A stretch of DNA of 64,000 bases from the human T2T-CHM13v2.0 reference genome, Homo sapiens: assembly GCF_009914755.1 (NCBI RefSeq), contig NC_060926.1; one strand, given 5' to 3'. Every line of letters begins with the position of its first letter. Within the stretch, counting starts at the first letter, position 1. A program made the position numbers and the translations under genes. This document shows, one piece after another, positions 1 through 14,580 of this stretch. The notes under the pieces are model-generated. The model was not told the origin of the DNA. It searched no databases and saw nothing but the letters and a program-made list of their open reading frames with translations.

Positions 1-1719
1 ACGCCAAGAAGAAAAAAACACCAGAAAAGAGTCACGATACCTAATTTGTTCTAAATGCGACTATTTGTGTAATCTTGTGTCATTTTACTCACTTAAAAAA
101 TAAAAAATTTGAGCCTCTTAAAATAGATTTAGCCCTAAATTCTATATATTCATTATTTTGACACTTGAAACAATATAAATTCAGTGCAAAAAAAGTAGAA
201 TATAACATTTATCTTACTTCAAAAATGAAAAAAGAGATAAATTTTTTAAAACCACAACACTTTCTGATAAGACAGTTGACACAAACTTAGTAACTCTTTA
301 ATAATTAATACGCATATTTGAGTTGAAATAACTAATTCAAAGGGAAAAATTAATTTATTTCATTTCCTTCTACCATCTTCAACAAAGTATTACGAAGTGC
401 TCTGAATTTCTGAAACATTATCAAAATGCAAAACAGTCAGTAGTATGTACTGAGTATTCAGAATACTTAAATTAAGAACACATTCCAGGAAAAAAAAAAG
501 TATTTTTTGTTAAAAGAGTAATGTTTTAAATTTTGGCAATGAACGGGATATGCAGGTCTATCTGGTAATTTGGCTCCAAGTGATCTGCTGTGAGGTAGTG
601 TCTACATGAAAATTAGTTTTCACCTAGCAAAACTAAGGGGAATCTAAAAGGTTGTTGTGAGTGTGCACAGTGGGTCACTAAAATTATCTCCCCATGTCTA
701 CTTACTCTCTTTTTTTCTCCTCATATGTTTGCACCAAAAAAAAATGATATAACAGATCTGATATAACTTAGTTGACATGGCATTGAATGGAAAAAAAAAA
801 TGATGTGTTAGAAAGCCACATTTGGATTTAAACATTCTGTTTCAAATAAAGGCTTCTGTAAGAAGTTCAATGAAAAGAAGAAATTCAAAGACCACATCAA
901 AGTGAAGGGCAGTACTCCAAGCTGCCCTCCAAAGAGGGGAGAATGATGAAGGAAGCCAATTTTTAGCAGAGGAAACATGTACCTTTAGTGTGGTTTACTA
1001 GAAAAGCCAGGACATAACGTCTCCTATCCTGTAAATTACCTTGACAATTGGGCATAATCTTAGGATTTTGGTAATGTTGTGGATAGAAGTCACTGGCTAT
1101 ATAAGTTGCTAATGAGATGAAGGATGGGTGATTCAAACGCATATAAGACAACTTATCATAGACAAAAACTCCATACAAAGAAATTTTGATTATGATCCAT
1201 TCATATTATACCAGTAGTATAAGCTACTGGTAACAAAGCAAATCTAGAAAAATAATATGAATAACATTGTAGTTTATAAACATAAGTAGAAAAGTTATAA
1301 AAATGAAAATCTATGTTCACACTCCAAGAGTATTTTAAGAAAAGCTATCAAGAGACCCAATCAATACATAATAGAAATATTAACAAGAAAACAATATGTT
1401 ACTATGCTATGCTTGATTCATATTCCCCAGAAATTCTACATATAACAACAAAAAATGGCAAAAAACTAAGGATCTAAAGCCTAGCTTTGTCCACATTGAG
1501 GGTTTTTGTTAAAGATTCAAAAGCTTAAAATTAAAATCATTCACTTCACTTTACGTACAACTGCCTAGCACTGTAACTAGCACAGAACAGATAGTTTTTA
1601 AATGAGTTTCTTTCTTCCTTCCATAATCTAATGTTTCTTTATCAATAACTTCTGCTAACATAGAAGGTATATTTTTATGGACCACACTAGACAGGTATGA
1701 TCAGTATCATTACAGGGAG

Positions 1720-2056
1720 ATAGATCATATCTCTACTACCTATTCCTTTAAGAAGTGTCATAGGAAAATGGATAGCATAATTGCCATTTAGTCAACCTAT
1801 GAAAGACCAAACAAAAGAACCATAATCTACCTTATAACAATGAATTAAAAAGTTGATCCCAATTTCTTACAAAAATTGAGTTTTGATGAACCATAGTAGA
1901 GAGCTAAGAAGTGTGTCAGAGAATACAGAGAACATCTCTATTACCTGTTCTGTAAAAAGTGCCATAGAAAAAAGAATAGCAAAAATTGCAATGTACCCAA
2001 TCTATGAAAGACCAAACATTGTAAATTAAGATCTAGTTTATGAAAATAAATTAAAA
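1720..2056. repeat. Diverged tandem duplication, period 205 bp
   Basis: CTATGAAAGACCAAACA occurs at 1797 and 2002, and about 85 bp of sequence ending in this motif is alignable between the copies. Confidence 0.85.
1945..2001 (-). other. Candidate 57-nt cassette exon of an unidentified - strand gene
   Basis: On the - strand it reads tttggtctttcatag|ATTGGG...GAACAG|gtaata. It is open in all three frames; phase 0 gives IGYIAIFAILFSMALFTEQ. No homology recognised. Confidence 0.25.
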
Positions 2057-3039
2057 GACTAGTACAAATGTGTCACAAAAATTGAGGAGTAGGCTATCAG
2101 AGTTAATCAAAATGAAGTTATTAAAACTTCTAATTTGGACCATCTGTCTACATATGTGATTTTTAAATGTCTTATCTTTATCCACCAATGAAGCTAGTGA
2201 TGTTTGTTTCAAAAATAAATGCAAACTAAATTGTTCTGTGATTGTCACTGGAGCTGATTATTACAAAGCTGAAAGACAGCTACTGTTACCTCAGGTTCAG
2301 AATAGTTACTGCTCATTTTGTCTGATATTTTATGAGTCCTTTTAAGAGACTGAGACACACAATATTAAGAAACCATTTATAATAACCCTTTGAATGGCAT
2401 CATATTCCTAAGAAACAATATTACCAAAAGCAGCCTTTCTATAAGAAGAAAAAGAGTACAAAGTTAACAAAAAATGACAGCAAAACGGCTCAAGGCTAGA
2501 GACCCATTTGAAACTTTTAAAATCTTCCTAAAATCAGATGGACATGTGTTCTCTTATTGCTAGGTATAAAACTATACACTCACACAAACTTCTGTTTCCA
2601 GTTTTAACTTAAAAGCCAGGTGTTTCTCAAGATATTAAAGGTTCCTATACATCCTCCTAATGAAATTTAACCTTGTTATCACAGCAGGTATTTAGTCCAG
2701 TAAAAATAATCAAGTTTACAGTCATTAATGTGTAAATCAGAGAGTCTGTAAATAATTTTGAATCTAGAAATATCATTATGTAGCAAATAAAAAGGGCAAA
2801 CTACAGGAGGAAATATAAATGTCTGCTAATAGGGAATCATATCACGAAAAAGAATAAGAAATTTATACAACATAAATATGAAGAAATATTGCTCAATTAA
2901 TTTTTAAAAACCATGTATTGAAAGAATAGTTACATGGAGAAATGTTCTTAATATTATGTTGTTTTAAAAAAGATATTTATATATACAATATTATCAAAAT
3001 TTTATAATACAAATGTGAATATAAATAATTGTAAAGAAT

Positions 3040-3595
3040 ATCCACTTCTGGCAATGGTGAACTAGATAATTTAGATAAGAAAAAGAACAACAAAGTATAA
3101 AAGCCGACTGTTTAAAGGCATCAGAGAGCTAAAAAGATGGCAAAAACCTTTTGGGCCAGCATCCAGGAAAGGAAAGTGGGGAAGAGAGACCAATATTTGT
3201 AGCCATTCTTCCTTTGAGGGCATTTGCCAATATTGGAGGGGTGACAGAGTGACTAAGTGGCACTTTTGACAATGCCAAAGGATTAGAAAATAGACACAAA
3301 AGTCAAGTTCCAACAGGCAGGAATGGCCTTGATATATCCCTCACTTTGGGTTGGAGCCCTGAAAACTTGAACTCTATGACAAGGGTACACCAGGATTAGA
3401 CTGACTGTCCCTTGCAGGAACCCATACTAAGCATGAAACTGGATTAAGGTAATTACAAAGTATTAGTGTCCCCCAGGATCCTAGAATAATACTGTCCACT
3501 GGTGTCTGATCAAAGCAAACGTGAATCCTCTCCAAAAAAAGATACCATCATCCCAGACTTTCAGTGGTTTCTACAAACAATTTTGACACGACAGT
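3040..3595 (+). mobile_element. Old L1M 5' region fragment
   Basis: Starts cacttctggcaatggtgaactag with L1M-like 5' sequence; L1 sequence resumes after the LTR. Confidence 0.5.
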
Positions 3596-3605
3596 GCTGT
3601 GGTGC

Positions 3606-4527
3606 TGTGATATAATAAGAAATATATATTTGGTCTTCATCCCCACTGCCCAGCACAAAGCTTCTAAAACCCTTGTAACTTCCTAAGTGACAGAGGTGAT
3701 GCGAGCATCTTTAGTTATAATATTTGGTTTTGTCCCTGGTTTCTGGCACAGAGCACCTGAACACCCTTGGAATTTCTGAGTGTAAGAGGAGTGTCCTTTT
3801 TATTCATAAGCCCCTTTCAACCATACCTGAGTTTGTGCTAATAACATGACTCTTGGCAGATAGGGGCTGGTTACTAGAGGAATCAACCACAGGATTAAAG
3901 GGTTCAAATTTTCAGCCCCACCCCTTGACATCAAAGAAGAAAAGAAGAGGTGGAAATTAGTTCAATCATCAGTGGCCAATGATTTAATTAATCATGTATA
4001 TGCAATGGAACCTCCAAAAAAACCGTAAACAACAGGGTTGGAGAGCTTCCAAGATGGGGAACACATCAAGATGCTGAAAGGGTAGCACGCTTGAAGAGGC
4101 CATGGAATCTCCATGCCCTTCCTCCATACCTTGTCCTATGCATATCTTCCATTTGGCTATTCTTAAGTTGTACGCTTTCTAATAAACTATGTTTATTAGT
4201 AAGTAAAGTATTTCTTTGAGTTCTGTAAACCATTACAGCACATAATAAAACCTGAGGAGGGAGTCATCAGAACCCCCAATTTGTAGCCAAGCTAAACAGA
4301 AGGATGGGTAAACAGGGGACTTACTTCTTGGGATTGTTATCAGCAGTATTGTAGGACTGAGTCCTTAACCTTTGGGGTCTGCTATACCTTGTTAGATAGT
4401 ATCACAATTGCGTTAAATTGGAGGACATTCAGTTGATGTTCAGAGCGAATTATAGAATTGCTTTTTGTAGAAAACCATTTGCTGTCAGAAGTGTTAGCAG
4501 AATAGAAAAACAATTTTTTCCCTTCAA
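3606..4527. mobile_element. MER21-family LTR
   Basis: Begins tgtgatataataagaaatatatatttggtc; contains cccctttcaaccatacctgagtt and tcagtggccaatgatttaattaatcatg, typical of MER21B/C. Confidence 0.75.
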
Positions 4528-4529
4528 AT

Positions 4530-5365
4530 GCCGGGGATGCAATCAAAAGTAACCAAGCTCAAAGGAGATAAGACAAGATGAACAAAAACCAATAGGGATC
4601 TTAAAAAAAAAAAAAAAAGAGGAAGGAGATATAACAGAGCCCTCAAATTTGTAATTATTAGATACAGACTTTAAGGAATCAAAGGCAAAACAGCACTACA
4701 AACCCAACATTCAATGGATAAAAATAGAATATTACAAACAACTTTATGCCTATATATTCAACAACTTAGTTGAAACCAGGATGTAAACTACTAAAGCTAA
4801 CTCAAAAAGAAAATGATAAACTGAATAGCCTTGTATATATTAAAGAAATGGAACATGTAGATAAAAACCTTCCAACAAGTAAAACACAGGGACTGTTCGT
4901 TCCCTAGTAAATTCTATCAAACATTCTGGTTGTTGTTATTGTTGTTGTTGCTGTTGTTAAGACAGGCTTTTACTGCGTTGTCCAGGCTGGAGTGCAGTGA
5001 CATGAACACAGCTCATTGCAGCCTTGACCTCCTGGTCTCAACTGATCCTCCAAACTCAGCTTCCCAAATAGTTGGGACCACAGGGGCATGCACGCACGCC
5101 TGGCTAATTTTTTTAAATTTTTTACAGAGACAGGGTGTTACTATGTTGCCCGGGCTGCTCTCAAACTCTTAGCCTCAAGCAATCTTCCCACCCTGGCTTC
5201 CCAAAATGTTGGGATTACAGGCATGAGCCACCACAACCACTCTGTATTAAACATTTAAGGAAGAAATACATATCAATGCCACACAGCAACTTCAGAAAAT
5301 GGAGGAGAACAGGATATATCCAAACTCATTTTACAAGGCCAATACTACCCTAATACTAAAGACTA
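4530..5365 (+). mobile_element. L1M ORF1/ORF2 fragments interrupted by an Alu
   Basis: Degenerate ORF2 text such as caacaacttagttgaaa, ctgaatagcc and ccaaactcattttacaaggcc. Confidence 0.7.
4929..5240 (-). mobile_element. AluJ with (TTG)n tail
   Basis: Reverse Alu dimer with AluJ diagnostics (acagctcattgcagccttgacc, ctcaagcaatc). Confidence 0.9.
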
Positions 5366-5936
5366 GAGTCAACCTAGCAAACAAAAAGGCAAATGAGCAC
5401 AGTGCTTTACAATGACCTATCTAAATTTAAGTAGGGAAATGCCTGAACACCCAGGAGATGATGGATGCTGCCCAGCCACCTCCATACTTTGAGTAAGATG
5501 TACCTCCAAAGAAAGACAATTATATATGTTTGGAGAAAGTGTTTTGATACAAACAACCCAACTTGTTTCTGCTGTCTTCCTATTACTGCCAACTTATTCA
5601 TTACCCTGATCATAACAAGAAGCTAAATGACCACTATAATGTATTTTCTATGAGAAAAAAGATTTCCATTTGTTTGGTTGACTAATGTACCTAAATATTT
5701 GCAACAAAACCTGGCATTTAGAAACAGTAACAAATGGTTAAAATAAATGGATTTCTACACAAAAATTTAAAACCAAAGTTTTCCAGCTCTCTAGCTCATT
5801 TTCAAAAGGATGATTCAAATAGTATATAATTAAAGAAAAAAAGATACCAAAGAAAATCTATGCACAATATAGTCTTTAGAAAATACACATCTAGAAATTA
5901 ACATTCCCATTCAAAGACAATTAATAAGCATGGTGA

Positions 5937-6273
<337 letters not shown>

Positions 6274-6289
6274 TTAATAAGCATGGAGA

Positions 6290-7060
6290 AGAAAATGAAC
6301 AAAAAGGAAAGATATGTAAAGATAGGCTAATAATATAATTTTAAAAATAAAAATAATTGTATTAAAATAAAAAATTTTGAAAAAATAATTTTGTGTAGTA
6401 AAAGAAAAAACAAAAACTTTTCTATAATATCAAGAAGTTAAGAAAATATGAATACTACAGAAAAAGTTATCAAAGAAGAGACACAACATGCTTTTATAAA
6501 GTAATATGTCAGAAGAATATTCTTTTAAAGAGTGATGAGAGTTAATGGAAGAAACAGAAAAAACTTAAAAGCAATACAGAACTGAAAACCCATTAGAAGC
6601 CAGAAGCAATACCAAATTAGGGTCATAAAGGAGAGAAGTGACACAAATTTTTTTAAAAGACATAGATACACAATAAGAAGACAGACAAAAATATGAAAGA
6701 AATTAGAGAAATGATGATAAATATGGAAGACTGACAATGGAATGCCAACATACTGTAATTACTTTCAGATTAAGAGAAAAGAACAAGCAGAATATAAAAA
6801 TGCTGAAGGCTAAAAAATGTTTCAAGTTCTCAATTTGCACAAATAAGACTACCATGTTCCAAAAGAAATAATCAATACCAAAATATAGCCTAGAAAGATT
6901 CCTGAACTTGAAGTCTAAAAATCTTATCACCAAGTCAAAAGAAGCATACCGCACCACAAGTGGTGGAAAAAAGAAAAGGAAGGCCTCTGGCTTCTCCTCA
7001 GTAATAATAGACGTCAAAAGACAAGAGGTCTGGTGAGACAGCCCAGGAAGAATGAGTTCT
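6290..7060 (+). mobile_element. Very old L1/HAL1 ORF1-like fragment
   Basis: A-rich degenerate ORF1-like sequence ending ctctggcttctcctcagtaataatagacgtc. Confidence 0.4.
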
Positions 7061-7929
7061 AAAAATAGTATAAAAAGCCAAGGTGGAACAGACTTCTGGT
7101 TTCAGCTCCAAAGTGTGAAAAGCTTAGAAGCTGTGACTCCCATATTCACAACAAGAAAAAAGATGAAAAACTAGAAAACTCTTCTCAGATCCATCAGAGA
7201 ATTGAGGTCCCAAGACAAGATGCTTCCCAGAAAATTAGAGAGACAGGTGAATACAGAGAAATCACAACTATCATGAGCAGAATCCCCTGGTGCCTACCCA
7301 GTAACAGGTAGGAAAACTTAAATGATACATAATTACTGGAACAGTGTTAAAAGTTAAAACTCTTTAAGAGGCCCAGTCTTAGGGGGGCTCCTGAGTTTTA
7401 CCTTTAGGAGCTTTCCAAGGTTCTCATGGAGAACATCCAAAAAAATCCCCTCCTGCTTCCAGCAGAGAAAGGAGAAACGTAACCATTTTGAAATATGCTC
7501 CCTCTAGTCTTCCTTTCTTACATAAAGGAAGAAAAACATAAAGGAAGAAAAAAGAAGAAAAAGAAAGGTCAAGAAACTCTGAAGGTCACAGTCCAGGAAT
7601 GTTGGTTCAATATTTTTTAACAAAGAGAGAGAGATTTAATCATAAGGCTACAGAAAGCTTCCTACCTCCAACCCCAAAAACCTTACCACCACATTAATAA
7701 CAGTGAATTACAACAGAAAGAGCTATAAAACACTGTTTAAAAAGGAGCTACTAGGGAAAGCTAAAGACAAGGGAGAGAAAAACAAGGACACAAGAGGAAA
7801 TTGAAGGCTCTGACACCAAAAATTACAGTAAACATTAAATACAGACTAACTCCTACCTAGATAAACATAAATACTCATATTAAAATCCTATTTATCTCAG
7901 ATCTTAATATCTAATGCATCATGTCTATC

Positions 7930-8175
7930 AGAGAGGGTGGAATGGGGAATAATTATTGTACAGCTATCTCTATTTACTCCTAAAACATTTCCATTATCCC
8001 AAAAAGAAACCCTATATCCAATACCCTTAAGGTTTCTTTCTGGGATAATGGAAATGTTTTAGGAGTAAATAGAGATAGATATACAAAACTGAATATACTA
8101 AATGCCACTAAATTGTTCACTTAAAAATGGTTAATTTTATATTATGTAAATCTTACCTCAATTTAAAATTTTTAA
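7930..8175 (+). mobile_element. L1MB-type 3' end fragment containing a fold-back inversion
   Basis: gaatatactaaatgccactaaattgttcacttaaaaatggttaattttat matches the L1MB 3' terminus. Confidence 0.7.
7956..8086. repeat. Inverted repeat with 56-bp arms and a 19-nt loop
   Basis: 7956-8011 is the reverse complement of 8031-8086 with 3 mismatches. Confidence 0.95.
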
Positions 8176-11094
8176 TTCTTAAAAATAATACCAATAATGG
8201 ATTAGGTTATTATAGTTTATGGATAAAGGAAATTAATGACAGCAATGTTATAAGGAACTAGAGGGAGGAACTGGGAATACTCTGTTACAATGTATCTGCC
8301 CTACTATGAAGCATTACACTGTTATTTGAAAGTGGACTTAGATTAATTATAAATGGATATTGCAAACCCAAGAACAACTGGTAAAAATTTTTAAAGAAAG
8401 TATAATTATATGCTGAGAGGGAAAATGGAATTCTATAAAATACTCAATTAAAAACCATAAAAGGCAGGAAAAAAAGATTTTTTTAAAGGAACAAAGGACA
8501 AGTATAATAAGAATATAAAAGTAATAAATATAGTAGCTATTAATCCAACTAAATCAATAATCACCTTAAATGTGAATTGTCCAAATATAGTAACTAAAAG
8601 AGATGGAAAGAGTGGATAAAAAGAAAGACTCAGCTATATGTTGCCTATAAGAAACCCACTTTAAGTATAAAACCACAGATAGATTAAAAATAAAGAGATG
8701 GGGAAACATATACCACACGAACAGTAACAAAAAGAAAGCTGGAGTCACTATATCATTTTCAGACAAAGCACATTTCAGAACAAATAAAATTATCAGGGAT
8801 ATAGAGAGGTATTACATAATGATAAAGGAGTCAATTCTCCAAGAAGACACAACAGTCCTTAGTGGGTATGCACCTAACAACAGAGCACCAATATGCATAA
8901 GGCAAAAACTGACAGAACTTCAAGAGAAAACAACAAAATTATTATTATTATTATAATGGGAGAATTCAACACACATCTATCAATAATTGAAAGATCCAGC
9001 AGGCAGAAAAGCAGTAATAGCTAAACTGAACAACTGGATCTACTTGACATTTGTAGAATACTTCATTCAATAACAGCAGAATACACACTTCTCTCAAGCT
9101 TACATGGAAAATTCACCAAGGCATAGCACACTGATGGCCATAAAACACACTCAAAAAATTTTAAAGAATAGAAATCAAAAGAAGTACCCACTCAGACCAC
9201 AACAGAATGGAACAAGAAATCAATAACAGAAAATTCCAAAATATTTTGAGATTAAACAACATACTTCTAAATAATACATGAGCCAAAGAAGTCTCAAGAG
9301 AAACTTTTAAAAAATGTAAACTAAATAAAACCTAAAAAACAACTAATAAAAATTTGTGGTATAGAGCAGAAACAGTGCTTACAGGGGAATTTATAGCATT
9401 GAATGCATAAACCAGTAAAGAAGAAAGATCTAAATTCCACCTAAGGAAACAAGAGAAAGTGTAGCAATATAAACCTAAGCAAGCAAAAGAAAAGAATAAT
9501 TAACATTGGAGTAGGAAACGATGAAATTGAAAATAAGAGAACAACAGAGACAATGAAATGAAAAGCTGGTTCTTTGAAAAGACTGGTAAAGTTGATAAAT
9601 GTCTAGCCAGGCTAACTGCAAAAAGGGAGATAAACAGAAGCCATATATTACAAATAGCACAAACATAAGTGAGACTATCACTACTAATCCCATGGACATT
9701 AAAAGGATAACAAAAGAATATTATGAACAAATCTATACTCATGAATTTGATAACTTTGATGAAACAGAGCAATTCCTTGAAAGACAATCTACCAAAATTA
9801 GTTTACTGAAAAATATGTAATTTAAATATATCTGTATCCCATATCTGTTAAACGAATTGAATTAATAATTAATAACCTTTCAAGACAGAAAGCAGCAAAT
9901 CCAAATAGGTTAGCTGGTGAACTCTACCATTTATGAAAGAAATTATTGAATTCTCTACAATCTCTTCCAAAAAATAGAAGCAGAAAGATGCTTCCTAACT
10001 CATTCTATTAAATCAGCATTACCATAGTCCATAGTATCAAAGCCAGATTTAAAAACTTACAAGAAAGGAAAAGTACAGGTCAATATCTCTAATGAACACT
10101 GATGTAAACACCCTCAACAAAATATAGTAATGCAAATCCACCAATGTATAAAAAGAATTAAACATCACAACAAGTAAGGCTTGTTATAGGTGTGTAAGGC
10201 TGGTTTGACATTAAGAAATCAATTAATATAATCCATCACATCCATAGGTTAAAAAAGACAAAAAAGATCATATCAAAAAACAAAAAATAAGCATTTGACA
10301 AAAACCAACACCATTCATCATAATAACTCTCAGCAAACTGCTAATAGAAGGAAATTTCTGAAACTTGATGAAGAACATCCATAAAAAACCTATATCACAT
10401 CATATTTGACAGTGAGAAACTAGATGCTTTCCTCCTAAGATCAGGAACAATACAAGGATGTCACTTCTCACCACTACTATCCAACATCATATTGGATGTC
10501 CTAGCTAATGCAATAAAGCAAGAAAAGGAAACAAAATGTACATAAATTGGGAATATAACTGTCTTTGTTTGCCAACCACATGATTGTCTATTTTAGAAAA
10601 TTCCAATGAATCACAAGGGGAAAAAAAAAAGCCCTCCTAAAACTAAGTGATTATAGCAAGGCTGCAGGATAGAGGTGAATATACAAAAGTCAGTTGCTTT
10701 ACTAAATTCTAGCAATGAACAACTGGAACTTGAAATTCAAAACCCAGTGCCATTTACATTAGCACCCCAAAGAAACAATTACGTATAAATCTAAAAAATT
10801 TGTACAAAACCTATACGAGGAAAACTACAAAACTGTTATTAAAAAGACCAAAAAAAAAACAGAAATAAATGAAGAGGTATTCCATGTTCATTAATAAGAA
10901 AACTCAATATTAGAATATCAATTTCTCCCAAATGATCTAAAGATTCAACACAATTCCAATAGAAAATTCTAGTAAGTTATTTTGTGACTATTGACAAACT
11001 GATTCTAAAGTTTGTATGGAAAGGCAAAAGACACAGAATAGCCAACATAATACTAACGAAGAGGAAGAAGATCAGAGGACAGTGTCCAACTTTA

Positions 11095-11422
<328 letters not shown>

Positions 11423-11979
11423 CTACAATAACTAAGATTGTGTGATATTGGCAAAAGAACAGAAAAATAAATCAAAAGAACAGAATACTGAGTCTAGAAA
11501 TGGACCCACACAAACAGAGTCAACTGATCTTTGACTAGAAAATGAAGAAAATCCAATGGAAAGGAGAGTCATTTCAACAAATAGATGATGGAACAGCCGG
11601 AAAGCCTCATGCAATAAAATGAATGTAGACACAGACCCTAACATGGTTCAAAAAACTTGACTTAGACCATAGACCTAAATGTAAAACACAAAAATATAAA
11701 ACTTCTGGACAATAACAAGAGAAAATCTAGGTAACCTTGGGTTCAGTTACAACTTTTAGATACAACACCAAAAGCATGACCTATGAAAGGAAAAAGTAAT
11801 AAACTGGAATTCATTACAATTTAAAACATCTCTGTAAAAACAATGTTAAGAAAAAGAAACACAATCACAAACTGGGTTAGAACACAGTAAGAAAATGAAC
11901 AACCCTATTTAAAAAAAAAGGGAAAGGATTCAACGAATACCTCATCAAAGATATACAGATAGCAAATAATCACATATAA

Positions 11980-12433
<454 letters not shown>

Positions 12434-13889
12434 TGTATGGCTAAAATTTTTAAAAGCAACAATAACAAATGCTGATGAGGGTGTGGAGCAACAGGAACCT
12501 CATTCATTGCTGGTGGGAATGCAAAATAGTACAGACACTTTGGCAGTTTCAAAGAACAAAACTAAATGATCAACCAATGGATCCATCTTACCATATGATC
12601 CACCAATCATGTTCCTAGTTATTTACACAAATAAGTTGAAAATTTATGTCCACAAAAAAACCTGCAAACAAATGTTTATAGCAGCTGTATTCATAATGGC
12701 CAAACCTTAGAAGCACCAAAGATGTCTTTTGGTAAGCAAATGGATAAATAAACTGTGGTATATTCATACAATGGAATATTATTTGGAAATAAAATGATAT
12801 ACACCATGAAAAAGCAGAGAGGAACACTAAAAATGCATACTGCTAAGTGAAAGGAGCCAGTTTGAAGGCTAGATACTGTATGATTCCAATTATGTGACAT
12901 TCTGAAATAAGCAAAACTACAGAGGCAATTGAAAGATCATTAGTTGCCAGGGGATTGGTGGGAGAAAGGAGGAGGAATGAATGAGAGAGAATGTTCTTCT
13001 AAGTGGTCTAGGTCTCTTATAAACCTCTACCTAATTATTTCCCTTTTCTCAGTAAAAGATCATCTGCTGAAATGTAGGTTCAGGTAAATTTGGAGGATTG
13101 AGCAACATGAGAAGTTTGAAATAGTCACCTCAGAAAAAGAAAGCAAGACTTAAGAGATGATCATAAGAATTTATAAGTAGCCATGAATGTCTTGGTCAGC
13201 TTAAGTGCATGATTATAGTAGATAAAATCAGGATAATTATATTACTGTTTCCATGAATGAATATAATTCTCAGTAGCCATAATGTTTTTCTTGTTATGGA
13301 TTTTATGCTTAAGTCTCTTCCTTCTTCATTAAAACCAACATACTCCACGTGAGAAAGAGACAGAATAATGAACATAGTGATTAATGGTTAAGACATAATA
13401 TTCTCTCACCAATAGAATAGACCAACCAAGTTGACAGCTCCATATTCACATGCCTATCAATTAATTAAAATCTTTCAAATATCTGACTGTTACTTTAGAA
13501 TCCATCTGCTATAATAGATGGCTTATATAGAACAGCAATCTGATATAAATTTTAATTCCTACTAACAATTTGTGAGTTCATGTCAAAATATGCTTTTGAT
13601 TATAAATACTACATACATACAATTCCTGTTGTATATATTAATAGCATCATTCTGTCACACAGGTTATTGACTTCTGCTAACATATCCAAGACACATAAAG
13701 AAAGATGAGCCCCAAATTCAAAACGAGCAGTCTGTTGAGATCGAACATCAGCCTTAGATCAAAATTAAGCATTCCTCCTCCCCACTCAGTATACTTGGAT
13801 CTGAATGAAATTAATCACAGCCATCAATGTCTAAAAATGACAGCTTCTAGGAGATGGTGACACACAAATTTTGTTGGAACAAGGGCCTG

Positions 13890-14580
13890 GCTTTAACCTG
13901 AGTCATCAGCCCCTCTCTCCCCCATAAAAAATAAGAGGAGGATGAGAAGCAACACTAGGTAGAAGAGGAGTGGGTGGGAGGGAAAGAAAATAGTCAGGGT
14001 TAACTTGTGTACGGACAGATGGTTTTTTTTTTTTTTGGTTGTTTTTTTTTTTAAGAGCACTTTCTTTACCACCAGGGAATATCAATGGCCTTTTAAGCAG
14101 TTTCACATTTAAATGTGTGTTCTGACAGTCATGTCAGAGCCTGGGTAAAAGCCTTTTCATGGAAATCATTAAAACGAAAAGATCCAGACAAGAGGCCTGC
14201 TTTTTTCCAGGGAGACAAGGTGGAATAGAATAATGTCACTTTTAAAAGATGGAAGTACCGTAAACACTGAAGGGATAGATGAAACACCTTCTTTACCCTC
14301 CCTTCCCCTCCCCTGGCCCCCCAGCACCTGAGAATTTTTACCTGCTGCTGTCTAGAATACTCTATTATAAATAGTCAAGGATCCTTGGGGATAAGATTAG
14401 GAGTGAGGAGAAAAAGAAGAAAAAGCCTACAACTGCACATCAGCTTGTGATTCAAAGCAGGAGGGAACAGAGCAATCCCAGAAGTATTCCAACAGAGCTG
14501 ACCCTCCTGGTTCCTATGCTCCCCGTGTGTAACTCATGAAGTCTCAAAGCTCTTAACTTTAAATTGCTGAATCATTCCAG
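13890..14580. promoter_or_regulatory. Candidate enhancer or alternative promoter in repeat-free DNA
   Basis: AP-1 TGAGTCA at 13899-13905, E-box CACCTG near 14325, MEF2 TTATAAATAG at 14365-14374 and ARE/MARE TGCTGAATCAT at 14565-14575. Motif matches only. Confidence 0.3.

Noticed and set aside
963-1243. - strand exon-like segment (tttttctag acceptor near 1244, AAG|gtaatt donor near 1040) and the 71-aa ORF
   Set aside because: Stops occur in all three frames from the acceptor and I recognise no protein. At most a noncoding exon.
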